From the sequence record LC647030.1: a DNA stretch of 64,000 bases, one strand, 5' to 3'. Under the pieces are notes generated by a model. It was not told the DNA's origin. It saw nothing but the letters and a program-made list of their open reading frames with translations, and did not search any database. Shown here in pieces: positions 38,137 through 49,922 of the stretch. Position 1 is the first letter of the stretch. Every line of letters begins with the position of its first letter. The translations under genes were made by a program, and so were the position numbers. This DNA comes from Staphylococcus phage vB_SsapH-Golestan-100.

Positions 38137-39183
38137 ATGAAAACAAAAAAGCTATCAGAGATACTCTCTAGGCTTATAGATAAGACAATGATTTCTACAG
38201 GTAAAATAAATGATTTTACTCCAGGAAGTGTCATACGTTCTCTATATGAAGCTATAGCATTAGAGATAGAACAGTTCTACATGCTCACTAGACAAAACAT
38301 ACTATGGGGTATACAAGAAGGTGTATTACAGGCTTTTGACTTTAAGAAGAGAAAAGCTAAGAGAGCTTATGGTCAAGTGACTATAGAGTTTTATAATCCT
38401 TTGAAAGAGAGACTTACAATCTCTAGAGGTACAACATTCACATCTAGTAAGCAAGAAATTACACAACAGTTTGAAACATTAACTGAATATTATGTTGAAC
38501 CAGGAACAACATCGACAAGAGTAGAAGTCTATTGTACTTCTATAGGAGAAGTAGGTAATGTACCTGAAGAATCTATAAACATAATCAATACAAGCTCAAC
38601 TCTAATAAGTAGGGTGTATAATGAAACTTCATTTAGCACAGGAACAGATGAAGAGCCTATAGAAGATGTAAAAAGAAGATTTAATTTATTTGTAGAAACT
38701 AGAGGTAGAGCAACAAATAAATCAATACGTTACGGGGCAACTCAAGTCGATGAAGTAGCAGGTGTACATGTGTATGAGGAAGTAGGTCATGTTACCGTTT
38801 TTACTCATGATAGAAATGGGGAGTTAACACCTGAGTTAAAGAGTAGAGTAACACAAGCATTAGAGGATTATAGACCTAGTGGTATTATGCTTGAAGTAAA
38901 ACCTGTTATAAAAACAACACAAGACATTAATGTTACAGTAACACTATCAGATAAAAACCAAATAACAAATGACTATAAACTTCGCATTGAAAGTACTATT
39001 AGAAGCTACTTAAATAACTTTACCGTATCTAAAGATTTAATATTATCAGACTTAACACAAGTTATAATGAATATAGATGACTATATGATTTATGATTGTA
39101 GTTATAATAACATTACAGGAAATGTTATAACAAATCCTGAAGAAATATTGCGTGCAGGTAATATTAATGTTACACTAGTATAG
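38137..39183 (+). CDS. Baseplate J-like protein
   Basis: 348 aa, with position and size as for gp6/J-family baseplate proteins of Twort-like phages. Confidence 0.5.
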   Translation: MKTKKLSEILSRLIDKTMISTGKINDFTPGSVIRSLYEAIALEIEQFYMLTRQNILWGIQEGVLQAFDFKKRKAKRAYGQVTIEFYNPLKERLTISRGTTFTSSKQEITQQFETLTEYYVEPGTTSTRVEVYCTSIGEVGNVPEESINIINTSSTLISRVYNETSFSTGTDEEPIEDVKRRFNLFVETRGRATNKSIRYGATQVDEVAGVHVYEEVGHVTVFTHDRNGELTPELKSRVTQALEDYRPSGIMLEVKPVIKTTQDINVTVTLSDKNQITNDYKLRIESTIRSYLNNFTVSKDLILSDLTQVIMNIDDYMIYDCSYNNITGNVITNPEEILRAGNINVTLV

Positions 39184-39199
39184 AAAGGAGGGAATATTT

Positions 39200-42100
39200 T
39201 TGGGTAACTTTTTAAAATACATACATCCTCTACTGAAAAGAAAGAAAAGTGATAAGAATTATGAGGATGTAAACTACGCTATAATAAATGCTCTAGACAC
39301 TGAAATAAGTGATTTAGAAAAAGAGGCTATGGCAAGTAAAATACAGTCATCTCTAAAAACCGCAAAAGGAGAGTATTTAGACCTTTGGGGTGAGTGGTTT
39401 TATGTAACAAGAAGAGACAATGAGGAAGATGACTTGTACAGAGAACGTATTATAAAGTTCTTATTATTGAAAAGAGGAACTAATAATGCTATTATCGAAG
39501 CATTAAGAGACTTTTTAAATGACTATGATTCTTACATCAATATCTATGAACCGTTTACTAATATCTTCTATACTAATAAATCTAAACTTGATGGGGAAGA
39601 CCATCTTATGGGTGACTATTACCGTTTTGCTATTATCGACATCACATTAGGTCGTAAGTTCCCTGTAGAGATTATAGACGTTATTAATGAGTTTAAACCA
39701 GCAGGAGTTAAGTTTTACTTAACCTATGACCACTCAAGAGATGTAGAAGGTGATGGTATTATAGAGATGCCACCAGCTAATGTAGACATAACTGCTAGAA
39801 CACATATCAGAACTTTAGGAGGTTACGGAGGTTATATTAGAGGTCATGTTAATTTAGGAAATTTAACTTATAAATCCATTTTTGACTATGAAGATGATAG
39901 AGAGGGTAGCAATAATATCTTTAAAACTGATAATTCCCTAATTAATAGTTTAGATGTTCTAGGAGGGGAAGCAGGAGCAGGAAGCAAGTATGCTAATACC
40001 GCTATGTTAACATCCAAAGCTTACTACCCTACACCTCAAGATACAGCACATACTTTTAGTGAAACAAGTGGCGTTACATTGCTAGACTCAGAGTTTAATA
40101 GAGGTACCAATAAAATAGATAATCTAGTAGGCTCTTTAAAAACATTAGGAGGTAACAAGGAAAGTAATATTTACATAGGTCTTGATGTCTATCGTTACTT
40201 AAATCTAAATTACCCTAGTACGGTTAAGGACTATGCAGATACTTCAGAGCTAAAAAACAAAATTACGAAGGTTACAAAAGACCCTAAGATAGTTTTTAAA
40301 GCTAATGCTTTAGTGTCACCTTCAGAACCTGTATCAGCCCATATGTATATATTTAACTTTACTAACAACCAATGGGATTTTTTAGATACAGTAAATCTTG
40401 ACTTGAATGGTGTTCATAAGACCGCAGAGCTAGGTAACTTATATGACAACATATCAGATACTGGAACTGTATTCTTGAAGGGTGTGGTAGATGCTACTGA
40501 AGAGCAGATACAGATAAATGTAGACTATCTAGACCTATCATTTAAAGATTATGTAAAAGATTACTATACTATAATGCCTTATGAAGGTTCAGTAGTAGGC
40601 TACCATAATCTTATAAACCTAGCTGTAGAAGTTAACGCTTATAAGACGTATACAGGCTCTAACCCTGAAGTTATGTTAGATTCTTATTACAGACCCACGG
40701 GATTTTATAGGATTAAAGGTTTAGGCTCTACTAGAATATCTCATGTGTTGAAAGATGAAGATTATAATATGGGTATAGAATCTGAAGAGAATAGCTATCA
40801 CTATTTACCTACAGGGCTTCTTAGTAAAGAATATCTTAAACCCTTTACTATTACAGATGACAAAACTTATTTAACTTTAGATAATAATTTCAACTTTGCT
40901 GAATACTATACACTTAGCTTTATGCTAGACAATAGTGCGGACATTAACACTAGTGAGTATAAATTGCACTTTTATCAAGAAAGAAAGTCAACAAATACTC
41001 AAGAGCTTGTAGCTACTTTTAACTTATCCGATAGCTCTAAAAGCTCAGAAGAGGTGTTTAGTCAAACTAAGCAATTCCTTAAGTTCCCGTACAAAGAAGC
41101 TATTGGTGACGATGACATTAACTTTTATGTTAAAGCTGAATCTACTGGTCAGAATGCACAAGAACCTTTACAGGTTAAAGCATTTGTGTTAAAAAATTCT
41201 AGTATAGTTAAGGATGTTCCCTCAGATGCTAGCTCTATTTCTTATGGAGGTCAGAGTAACCTAAGAGATTACACAATAGAGGATACAGAAAATGGTGTGT
41301 ACTTAAAATCACCTACTGATGGGATTTTTGACTTTGCCTTAAGTTTCCCTGATGCTCCTAAGACGGACAAGGAGAAACCCTATTATTACAATGAACTTAT
41401 TGAAAAAGGACTTACACCATCGCTTTTAATTCCTTATAAAGTTACTGATGGTACTAAAGGCAGTGGAATGGTTAGAGCGTATATCAGAGACACTAAAACA
41501 AGTGCTATTATTTCTAGCTTTTATATAAGCAACAATAAAGATTCAAATTCTCCTTATGATTATATAACTATACCATTATCTAAGCTAAATTCTTCTAGTA
41601 GTCTTTACATATCTACGAGTAGCATCACTGGCATTAAGATTATAGGAAACATGAAAATAGCATTTTACACAGAAGACAATGCACTAACTTTATCATCAGG
41701 AATGTCTTACTTGCCTATAGTATCTAAAGAGTATATTGTTAAAGGTGAGATGACAGTTAAGTTTAAAATGAATAAGAAATATAGTTTACAAGAACTTCAA
41801 TTGTATTATGGTACAAGAAACACTCAAGGTATGGAAAATGTACCTTATTCATTAGAAAATGTCCAACAAGTTACTTCTACGGTTGTAGATGATACTACAA
41901 ATGAGTATTTATTTACGGTCAAAGTACCTACAGCACGCAGGGGTTATAACATAGAAGATGTTTATTCATTGTTAACTGACATGTCTAAACTCGAAGTAGA
42001 ATCCAAAGATGATACAACAGAAGTTTTTAATGATTACGATGACACGTATACAATAATTAATTATAGTAACCCTATAGACGTAACTATACCTATATATAAT

Positions 42101-43213
42101 AGTACTGTATTTAAAGAGTATCCTGTTGTTAATAGCTCTGTTGATACCTATCAGTTATATTTAAGTCTGATGAGTCCTGTAGCCACAACAGTTAAACTAT
42201 CTACTACTGTATCAGAAGAGCAAACGTATGAGTTAGAGGCTAATAAAGTATACCGACTACATATCCAAACCCCTATCTCAAATGGTCGTAATGCACCTAT
42301 AAACTTGAATATTAAATCAAGCAGTACTGAGTTGACTTATGGTTCATTTATTTATGTGAATGATGACCAAGACTTAGCTCGATTTATTAAAGAAGAAGAA
42401 CCTATAAAGATAGCAGTACCTATGCAAGAAGACTCTTTACAAGTTAGAGACTTAGAAGTTACAGTACCGCAGTCAGAAGATAGTGAAGATGGTGTTACTG
42501 ACTCTTATCTAACGGTTACTTCAACAGACGGTAGTGAGATACCTCTATATGAGTATCGTGCAGATTCTTTAAACAAGGAGCGTAAAAACTATAGCCTTCA
42601 TGGTAACTACACTAACATTAGTAAAGTTACTTACCACTCAGACGGAATCTTGAAGAATGTTGAGATTGAGCGTTCTATTGATGGTAAAAACTGGAAGCCG
42701 ATAGAAAGTATAAAACCTGACCTAGCTGAAGGTGAGACATTAGCTATTAATAATGAGTTGATTGGTAAATATGGTATTGATGTCTTTAGTTTAGACACTA
42801 TTAATGCAATGTCTAAAGTTCTTCTTAGAAGTATATGGGAGACAAAAATAGAAGAGTTTGAAAATGGTAGTAACACAGACGTTAGTAGTATATCTGACGA
42901 TTTCTTTAATACTACCTTTACTAACCTTGTACATCTAGCTGAATTAAAAGAGAACAAAATCACAGTTATTACTGATGTACGTGGCGGTAATATGGATAAC
43001 TCATCAGGAGAGGTAATTAGTATGAGTGGCTCAGACCCTATATCAAGAGCTGTACTCCATATGAATTCAGAGACCGCAACTAGATACAAGCTACCATTAT
43101 TAGCAGGTTCTTACGTAGCATTAGAAGAACTAGGTGACAAGACTTATAACGATACTGAGTATGAAGTTAATGAGGACTATAAAGCCTATTCTTACAGAAA
43201 AGAAAATAATTAA
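39200..43213 (+). CDS. Large baseplate/tail protein (1337 aa)
   Basis: TTG start with RBS aaaggaggg. Called from size and position. Confidence 0.5.
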   Translation: MGNFLKYIHPLLKRKKSDKNYEDVNYAIINALDTEISDLEKEAMASKIQSSLKTAKGEYLDLWGEWFYVTRRDNEEDDLYRERIIKFLLLKRGTNNAIIEALRDFLNDYDSYINIYEPFTNIFYTNKSKLDGEDHLMGDYYRFAIIDITLGRKFPVEIIDVINEFKPAGVKFYLTYDHSRDVEGDGIIEMPPANVDITARTHIRTLGGYGGYIRGHVNLGNLTYKSIFDYEDDREGSNNIFKTDNSLINSLDVLGGEAGAGSKYANTAMLTSKAYYPTPQDTAHTFSETSGVTLLDSEFNRGTNKIDNLVGSLKTLGGNKESNIYIGLDVYRYLNLNYPSTVKDYADTSELKNKITKVTKDPKIVFKANALVSPSEPVSAHMYIFNFTNNQWDFLDTVNLDLNGVHKTAELGNLYDNISDTGTVFLKGVVDATEEQIQINVDYLDLSFKDYVKDYYTIMPYEGSVVGYHNLINLAVEVNAYKTYTGSNPEVMLDSYYRPTGFYRIKGLGSTRISHVLKDEDYNMGIESEENSYHYLPTGLLSKEYLKPFTITDDKTYLTLDNNFNFAEYYTLSFMLDNSADINTSEYKLHFYQERKSTNTQELVATFNLSDSSKSSEEVFSQTKQFLKFPYKEAIGDDDINFYVKAESTGQNAQEPLQVKAFVLKNSSIVKDVPSDASSISYGGQSNLRDYTIEDTENGVYLKSPTDGIFDFALSFPDAPKTDKEKPYYYNELIEKGLTPSLLIPYKVTDGTKGSGMVRAYIRDTKTSAIISSFYISNNKDSNSPYDYITIPLSKLNSSSSLYISTSSITGIKIIGNMKIAFYTEDNALTLSSGMSYLPIVSKEYIVKGEMTVKFKMNKKYSLQELQLYYGTRNTQGMENVPYSLENVQQVTSTVVDDTTNEYLFTVKVPTARRGYNIEDVYSLLTDMSKLEVESKDDTTEVFNDYDDTYTIINYSNPIDVTIPIYNSTVFKEYPVVNSSVDTYQLYLSLMSPVATTVKLSTTVSEEQTYELEANKVYRLHIQTPISNGRNAPINLNIKSSSTELTYGSFIYVNDDQDLARFIKEEEPIKIAVPMQEDSLQVRDLEVTVPQSEDSEDGVTDSYLTVTSTDGSEIPLYEYRADSLNKERKNYSLHGNYTNISKVTYHSDGILKNVEIERSIDGKNWKPIESIKPDLAEGETLAINNELIGKYGIDVFSLDTINAMSKVLLRSIWETKIEEFENGSNTDVSSISDDFFNTTFTNLVHLAELKENKITVITDVRGGNMDNSSGEVISMSGSDPISRAVLHMNSETATRYKLPLLAGSYVALEELGDKTYNDTEYEVNEDYKAYSYRKENN

Positions 43214-43222
43214 AAATAATGC

Positions 43223-43251
43223 TTGCATACTACTTGTAGTTATGTTATACT
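43223..43251 (+). promoter_or_regulatory. Sigma-70-like promoter
   Basis: TTGCAT, a 17-nt spacer, then TGtTATACT. Confidence 0.4.
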
Positions 43252-43325
43252 ATAGTAGTAGCAAGCATATACATGATTTATAGCTTTTGTATGTTATATT
43301 ACTAAAAAAGAGGAGAGATTCAAAG

Positions 43326-43847
43326 ATGGCAGTAGCTACTTATAACTCACATGTTGAGTCAGCAAAATACTTTTTAGACAAAAACGCATCAACATATTTA
43401 GCAATAGGAAAGACATCTACATGGTCTGATGAGGAAAACCCGCCTCAAGATGACCCTAATGCAACAAAATTAGAAGAAGTAATAGGTTATAAAAAAGCTG
43501 ATAAGGTTTCATTATGTAGACCTTTAGTTAGTGGAGAAGAGACTACATTTACAAAAATTGTTTATGGGAATAAAACTTGGGTCTTAGTACCTAAAGAACA
43601 AGCTACAGAAGAAGGAGCTAAGTGGCTATACGCACATGCTACTATTGAAGCTGATGACTTACCATTAGGTATGTACCGACAAGTTGGTATCCACGTAGAC
43701 TTAACACCTGGAAGTGGAATCTCTAAATTAAATCTTTTACCATCTGAAGTAAGCAATTTAGGTACTTTAATGGCTATTGATAATAGAGAGCCTCAAAACC
43801 GTATTGCTTCAAGTTCTGTAGAAGAAGCTTTTATCTTAGCATTTTAA
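43326..43847 (+). CDS. Tail structural protein (about 173 aa)
   Basis: ATG with an aagaggagag RBS; the track start at 43287 lacks an RBS. Confidence 0.45.
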   Translation: MAVATYNSHVESAKYFLDKNASTYLAIGKTSTWSDEENPPQDDPNATKLEEVIGYKKADKVSLCRPLVSGEETTFTKIVYGNKTWVLVPKEQATEEGAKWLYAHATIEADDLPLGMYRQVGIHVDLTPGSGISKLNLLPSEVSNLGTLMAIDNREPQNRIASSSVEEAFILAF

Positions 43848-43868
43848 TAAGGAAGGAGAACAACACTA

Positions 43869-46800
43869 ATGGCTTATGATTTTTCAAGCAGACCATATTA
43901 TGATAGATTTAACCAAAGCAAGAATATAACAAGAGTTCTATTTAAACCCGATGTTCCCTTACAAAACTCAGAATTGAATGAGATGGCATCAATCCAATCT
44001 AGTGCACTTCAATTATTAGGAGATTCTATCTTTAAAGATGGAGACATGCAGTCGGGACTGAACTATACGATAGATGGAAATAATGTATTAACAGTTAACC
44101 CTGGTTACTTATATATTCAAGGAAAAATGAGATACTATGATTCTAACGACAGCGTTAAGTTAACAGGAGTAGGTAAAGAACAAGTAGGTATTAAAGTCGT
44201 TGGTTCTATCGTAACTAGCGATGATGATAATAGTTTATTAGACCCTGCTACAGGAGCTCCAAGTTATTTCTCTGAAGGTGCAGACCGTTTTAAAGAGGAA
44301 TTAAAATTAACATTAAACGACCCAACATCTGCTACTATCTATACATTCCAAAATGGAGACTTATTTACCAAACCGAGTGACCCTCAATTTGATAAAGTAG
44401 TTAAAGTTATGGAACAACGTACTTTTGAGGAATCAGGTTCTTACAAAGTACAAGGCCTTACAATCTTCTCAGCGGAAGAGCAAGATGAAGAAAGTGGTTT
44501 TGTTAATATTGTAGTAGATACAGGAGTAGCTTATGTAAAAGGTAGACGTATTGAAAAACCTACTTCTACACATATTGCTCTAGACTCAGCTACTGATTTA
44601 GAGAATGCACAGAATGAGAGTACTATTTATAATAAATCTACTGATAGAATTAGATTAGCTAATACACCTGTCAAAGACATTAATCGTGTATCGGCATCTG
44701 TTGCAATCACTAAAGAACGTAAAACAAGAGATGCTATTGGAGACTCTCAAGATTATTTAGCTAATAACACAGCGTATAAAATAACTAGAGTTTGGACTGA
44801 GAACTCAAGTGGTGATGTAACTAAAGAATATAAACAAGGAGAAGACTACAACCTGATTGATGGTCAAGCAGTAGATTGGTCTCCTGGAGGTCAAGAACCT
44901 GCATCAGGAGCTTCTTACTATGTAGCATATGAGTACACTAAAAGATTAGAAAAGGGTGTAGACTTTGTTGTAGAAACTGAAGGTGAAGGACAATTTAAAC
45001 GTTGGTTCCTTAATTTCTCTAAAGCAACAGGTGTTAAGCCTATTGACCAATCATTAGTGCAAGTAGACTATACTTTCTACTTAGCTAGACAAGACTTACT
45101 TAGCTTGAATGTAAATGGTGAAGTAGTTGTACTTAAAGGTAAACCTAACTTAATGAGATTAGTTAACCCACCAATCCAGGAAGACCCTGAGACATTACAA
45201 TTAGGTTATGTTACGGTCTTACCTAACTCTACAGAAACAGACTGTGTTACTGATGCTATAACTAACTTATCTATGGAGCAATTACAAAAAGTTAAAACAC
45301 GAGTAGATAACTTAGAAATTAACCAAGCCATTAATGCATTAGATGATGGAGCTATGGAAGGTCAGAACCCGTTATACTTACGTTCAGTATTTAGTGAAGG
45401 CTTTATTAGTTTAGATAAAGCTGACATTTCACATCCTGACTTTGGTGTAGCATTTAGTTTTGATGATGCAGAGATTACACTTCAGTTTACAGAAGAAGTA
45501 CAATCACCGACTGTTTCTCAGATTACAACAAATGCTCATGTATGGGGACGTATCATATCAGCTCCATTTACAGAGGAACTTTCCATCTATCAACCATTAG
45601 CTTCGGAACCTTTAAACGTTAACCCTTATAATATCCCTAACAAACAAGGGGTTATGAAGTTAACACCATCTGAAGATAACTGGATTGATGAAGAACGTGT
45701 TACTATTACAGAACAGAAAACAAAAACAATTACTATGAACCGTTGGTGGAGACACCCTGGTCGTGATTTTGGTTCTAAACAAGATTACTACCAAAGTAAT
45801 ATTCAACTTGATAAAGGTCAAGTGTGGGAAGGTAAGTCATATGCTTATGATAAAGAGCATGGACGTACAGGTACATTACTAGAATCAGGTGGTCATAGAA
45901 CGTTAGAAGAAATGATTGAGTTTATTAGACAAAGACAGGTTAAGATTGATGTCAAAGGATTAAATCCTAATGATAATGACTTATACTTACTGTTTGATGG
46001 CATCCGTTGTGCCTTAACTCCTGAGTCAGGATTTAGAAAAGGTAGTGAGCCTGGTACAGTTATGTCTGATGAGAAGGGTAGAGTTAAAGCAACATTTGAG
46101 ATACCAGCAGGTGTACGTTGTGGTAACAGAGAGGTTACATTGAAAAATGCTAACTCTACAAGTGCAACGACTTACTCAGCTCACGGACGTAAGAAGATTA
46201 CACAAGACATTATCTTAAAAACACGTGTTACGATTAACTTAGTTGACCCATTGGCTCAGTCATTCCAATATGATGAGAACCGTATTATATCATCATTAGG
46301 TTTATACTTCGCATCGAAAGGTGACGCTAACTCTAATGTTACAGTACAGATTAGAGGAATGGGAGACCAAGGTTTCCCTAACAAAACTGTCTATGCAGAA
46401 ACTGTATTGAATGCTAGTGAGGTTAAAGTGTCTAAGAATGCTAGTGCAGAAACTAGAGTATACTTTGATGACCCTATGATGGCAGAAGCAGGAAGAGAGT
46501 ACGCTATTGTTATCATGACAGAAAATAGTGACTACACTATGTGGGTTGGTACTAGAACACAACCACGTATTGATAAACCTAGTGAGAACATCTCAGGTAA
46601 TCCATATGTACAAGGTGTATTATTCAGTTCATCAAACGCATCAACATGGACTCCACATCAAAACTCTGACCTTAAATTTGGTATCTATACACCAGTATTT
46701 GAGAAAGAGGCAGTAATAGAGTTTGACTCTATGAAGAATGTTAAAGCTGATAGACTTGTATTAATGTCTACATACTTAACACCTGAAAATACAGGCTGTG

Positions 46801-47330
46801 CTTGGGAAGCTAAGATTCTTAGAGAAGACATGGACTCTAGTGTAACGATTGACTCACTTCCATGGCAACCAATAGCTAACTACCAAGATTTAGAACTTAT
46901 TGAGATTGCTAAAGAAGTAAAATTAAGAGCAACTTTTGATTCTAATAAATACATTTCTCCACTATTATCTGTTAGTGATTTGACATTCACATCATTCTTA
47001 ACAGAATTATCAGGAAGTTATGTAGGTAGAGCTATAGACATGGCTGAAGCTCCTTACAATACGTTGAGATTTAGTTATGAAGGCTTCTTACCAAAAGGTA
47101 CAAAGATTGTCCCTAGATACTCTACTGACAATGGTGAGACGTGGAAGACGTTAAGTAGTTCTCCAAAAACACAAAAAGCCAATAATGAGTTTACACGTTA
47201 TGTATATGATGAAAAAGTTACTACTGGAGCTAAGTTTACAAAACTACAAGTTAGGCTAGACCTTTCTACTGAAAATAGTTTCTTAAGACCACGTTGTAGA
47301 AGATTGATGGTCACTACAAGAGATGAGTAA
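43869..47330 (+). CDS. Adsorption-associated tail protein (1153 aa)
   Basis: RBS aaggagaa. Size and position match the about 1150-aa adsorption protein of Twort-like phages. Confidence 0.5.
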   Translation: MAYDFSSRPYYDRFNQSKNITRVLFKPDVPLQNSELNEMASIQSSALQLLGDSIFKDGDMQSGLNYTIDGNNVLTVNPGYLYIQGKMRYYDSNDSVKLTGVGKEQVGIKVVGSIVTSDDDNSLLDPATGAPSYFSEGADRFKEELKLTLNDPTSATIYTFQNGDLFTKPSDPQFDKVVKVMEQRTFEESGSYKVQGLTIFSAEEQDEESGFVNIVVDTGVAYVKGRRIEKPTSTHIALDSATDLENAQNESTIYNKSTDRIRLANTPVKDINRVSASVAITKERKTRDAIGDSQDYLANNTAYKITRVWTENSSGDVTKEYKQGEDYNLIDGQAVDWSPGGQEPASGASYYVAYEYTKRLEKGVDFVVETEGEGQFKRWFLNFSKATGVKPIDQSLVQVDYTFYLARQDLLSLNVNGEVVVLKGKPNLMRLVNPPIQEDPETLQLGYVTVLPNSTETDCVTDAITNLSMEQLQKVKTRVDNLEINQAINALDDGAMEGQNPLYLRSVFSEGFISLDKADISHPDFGVAFSFDDAEITLQFTEEVQSPTVSQITTNAHVWGRIISAPFTEELSIYQPLASEPLNVNPYNIPNKQGVMKLTPSEDNWIDEERVTITEQKTKTITMNRWWRHPGRDFGSKQDYYQSNIQLDKGQVWEGKSYAYDKEHGRTGTLLESGGHRTLEEMIEFIRQRQVKIDVKGLNPNDNDLYLLFDGIRCALTPESGFRKGSEPGTVMSDEKGRVKATFEIPAGVRCGNREVTLKNANSTSATTYSAHGRKKITQDIILKTRVTINLVDPLAQSFQYDENRIISSLGLYFASKGDANSNVTVQIRGMGDQGFPNKTVYAETVLNASEVKVSKNASAETRVYFDDPMMAEAGREYAIVIMTENSDYTMWVGTRTQPRIDKPSENISGNPYVQGVLFSSSNASTWTPHQNSDLKFGIYTPVFEKEAVIEFDSMKNVKADRLVLMSTYLTPENTGCAWEAKILREDMDSSVTIDSLPWQPIANYQDLELIEIAKEVKLRATFDSNKYISPLLSVSDLTFTSFLTELSGSYVGRAIDMAEAPYNTLRFSYEGFLPKGTKIVPRYSTDNGETWKTLSSSPKTQKANNEFTRYVYDEKVTTGAKFTKLQVRLDLSTENSFLRPRCRRLMVTTRDE

Positions 47331-47344
47331 TAAGTAATTAGGGA

Positions 47345-47372
47345 GGCTAGGTTAATTCCTAGCCTTTTCTTA
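47345..47372 (+). terminator. Rho-independent terminator
   Basis: ggctagg/cctagcc stem followed by ttttctt. Confidence 0.55.
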
Positions 47373-47384
47373 TATATAAAACCT

Positions 47385-47413
47385 ATTGACGTACTATATT
47401 AACTATGGTATAC
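47385..47413 (+). promoter_or_regulatory. Sigma-70-like promoter
   Basis: TTGACG, a 17-nt spacer, then TATACT. Confidence 0.5.
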
Positions 47414-47441
47414 TTGTTAAGTAACAAGGAGATGATACATT

Positions 47442-47627
47442 ATGGCTAGAGACTACAGAGACCCTTATTCTAAGGCTTTAGTTTTTATACCAACAAAAGA
47501 AGATAAAGACAGATTAGAAGAACAAAAAGAAATTCAAAGAAAGAGTAAATTACTTGATGACAAACTGAGTCAAGCTGATGAACTAATAGCTAAATTAAAT
47601 GCTCAATTAGAAAGGAAGGAACAATAG
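47442..47627 (+). CDS. Small coiled-coil protein (61 aa)
   Basis: ORF with RBS aaggagatg. Confidence 0.4.
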   Translation: MARDYRDPYSKALVFIPTKEDKDRLEEQKEIQRKSKLLDDKLSQADELIAKLNAQLERKEQ

Positions 47628-49583
47628 ATGGCTTTTAAGTACACTAAAGTTCAAGATACAGACTACGTAAGAGAAATATCTCATACATTAAATAGTGTAG
47701 GGGACTACCTCCAAACTATGTCTAATGAACGTGATACATTACCAACATATTCTAGGTTAGTAGTTACAGATTCTGCTAGTCTACTACAAACAAACGTAGT
47801 ATACTACTTAACAAACATACAAGGATTCCCAACACAATTTGGTGCTAGTTATAATGGTTATGGTATGCTATTGAAACGTAACCCATCAGTAAACTATCAC
47901 ACATTTGTATTTTTACCTTACAATAGCTCAGTAGTATACTATAGAGTTTACAACGGAGCGTGGCAAGATTGGCAGAGTACTTTAACTACAGAAAATACTA
48001 CTAATTATCAGAAGTACGCTTTTACAGATGAGAAAGGTCAAGTAAGTAATAATAAATCTATAGACATTAAGAATACTACAGGCTACAGTAAGAGTAAAGG
48101 TACTCTAGTTGATGCACCAACTGAAGACTCTAAAGGATGGATAGATTATTCTGATACACAGGGTGGGGAAGCGTCACAAACACTATTTAACCCTACAGAA
48201 AGTACATCGTTATTTACAAAACAGAAGAAACAAGCAATTGTAAAACAAAATCCAAATATTATTCAAGATTCCTTATTTACAAATCATGTACCTTATACTT
48301 ATATATTCCAAAATGATACAAACTATTGGGGAACAAGTAAAGGAGTAGGTAGGGTAATAAGAACAGATAAAAAATTTAAAGGGCAGAATATAGTAGAATT
48401 AAATGACACTAAAGGTTCCTATAGTACTTTTAGAGGGAAAGCACTTACTGTAGGTGAAGGCAAAGACTTACAAGTAGGTAAAACTTATACTCTCTCAGCC
48501 TATGTTATGACACCTGATGTAAGTAAACTAAAAGAAAATTACCCTTATATAGAAGTGTCTTATCCATCGTCACTAGATGCTCAATCAAACCCAACTATAG
48601 ATAGTCAGCTAAATATAACAGGACTAGAGAATAATCAATGGAAAAGAGTATCTGTAACTTTCACTGTACCTAGTAATGTTGTTTACGCTAGACCAAATTT
48701 ACGGTTTAACATTGTTAAATCAGGAACTAATAATGGAGGTCTTGTATACTATGCATTACCAAAATTAGAGGAAGGTTCTGAAGCTACACCTTTTATTACT
48801 AATTCTAACGATTCAAAACAGTTTGATGAACTTTGGTCTAACTGGAATGAATATATTTCTAAAGAAAAATTAGCAGAAACTGCTACTACAGACATTCTAG
48901 GTAAAGTAGGATACTTTAAGTACCCTCTAACTAAAGAGTTCTTAGATAACTTAGGTATGGACTTTTACACTTATGTTGGTGACTTACCACAAGGATTCCA
49001 TACTTTCTATATGCAAAATGGTGCACCAGGTAATGTCTTTAATGATTCTGTCAGAGGTACTATCATGCTTGATTACTCTCAAGGTGACGAGATGTCTACT
49101 AATAAACGGTATGCAATAGTAGAGTGTGTAAATAATAAAGGGGTTCATTATAGTGCTTTCTTTGATTGGGGTAATGAGCCTAGACAAATAGTTAGACAAT
49201 CTGAAATGCAAACACTTCTATGGGAAGACTCTAGTTCTTTTGACTTAGCAACAGGCGGAACGATAACTTTAAATGATGATTACACTAACTATAAAGCTCT
49301 AGACTTTGTGGTATACTTCAGGTTATCTGCTACCTATAGGACTATAAGAGTATATCCAGTTGCATCTTCTATAGTAGTTAGAGACCTTAACTTAGCTAAT
49401 AATAACACCAATGCTAATTTAGATACTTATGAAGGTAATATGAGTCTTGTAGATAGTAAAACAATAAAAGCAGACTCTGCTAAACAATTGACACTGAACA
49501 TAGGTTCAGGTACTGAAAACATAGTATGGAATCAAACAAATACAATTAACATATATAAAATAATAGGTGTACACACAGTATAA
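47628..49583 (+). CDS. Tail fiber / receptor-binding protein (651 aa)
   Basis: Start overlaps the upstream stop. Called from size and position in the fiber module. Confidence 0.45.
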   Translation: MAFKYTKVQDTDYVREISHTLNSVGDYLQTMSNERDTLPTYSRLVVTDSASLLQTNVVYYLTNIQGFPTQFGASYNGYGMLLKRNPSVNYHTFVFLPYNSSVVYYRVYNGAWQDWQSTLTTENTTNYQKYAFTDEKGQVSNNKSIDIKNTTGYSKSKGTLVDAPTEDSKGWIDYSDTQGGEASQTLFNPTESTSLFTKQKKQAIVKQNPNIIQDSLFTNHVPYTYIFQNDTNYWGTSKGVGRVIRTDKKFKGQNIVELNDTKGSYSTFRGKALTVGEGKDLQVGKTYTLSAYVMTPDVSKLKENYPYIEVSYPSSLDAQSNPTIDSQLNITGLENNQWKRVSVTFTVPSNVVYARPNLRFNIVKSGTNNGGLVYYALPKLEEGSEATPFITNSNDSKQFDELWSNWNEYISKEKLAETATTDILGKVGYFKYPLTKEFLDNLGMDFYTYVGDLPQGFHTFYMQNGAPGNVFNDSVRGTIMLDYSQGDEMSTNKRYAIVECVNNKGVHYSAFFDWGNEPRQIVRQSEMQTLLWEDSSSFDLATGGTITLNDDYTNYKALDFVVYFRLSATYRTIRVYPVASSIVVRDLNLANNNTNANLDTYEGNMSLVDSKTIKADSAKQLTLNIGSGTENIVWNQTNTINIYKIIGVHTV

Positions 49584-49598
49584 TAGGAGGTAATATAA

Positions 49599-49922
49599 AT
49601 GGCATGGGTTTACAATAATGTAGAAGCATCAGGTATGTGTTTATTAACAATAGATGAGATAGACCACAAAACGCTAGTTATGGACTTTATGACAGAGGGT
49701 TGGTATGATAACACTGACCCTAACTTAGTTCTTAAACCAAAAAGAATATGCCCTTATGTTTGGTTTGAAGGATTTGAAACTGACTATTGGTTTTTTGCAC
49801 CAATGAGGTTCATGATTTTAAGTGCACGAGAAGAAATAATAGAAGATACAGATTGGAAATACTACTACACAGGTAAAGATTCTATACCAACGCCAGGAAG
49901 AGGTGAGCCATACCCATGGTAA
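49599..49922 (+). CDS. Hypothetical protein (107 aa)
   Basis: ORF with RBS aggagg. Confidence 0.4.
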   Translation: MAWVYNNVEASGMCLLTIDEIDHKTLVMDFMTEGWYDNTDPNLVLKPKRICPYVWFEGFETDYWFFAPMRFMILSAREEIIEDTDWKYYYTGKDSIPTPGRGEPYPW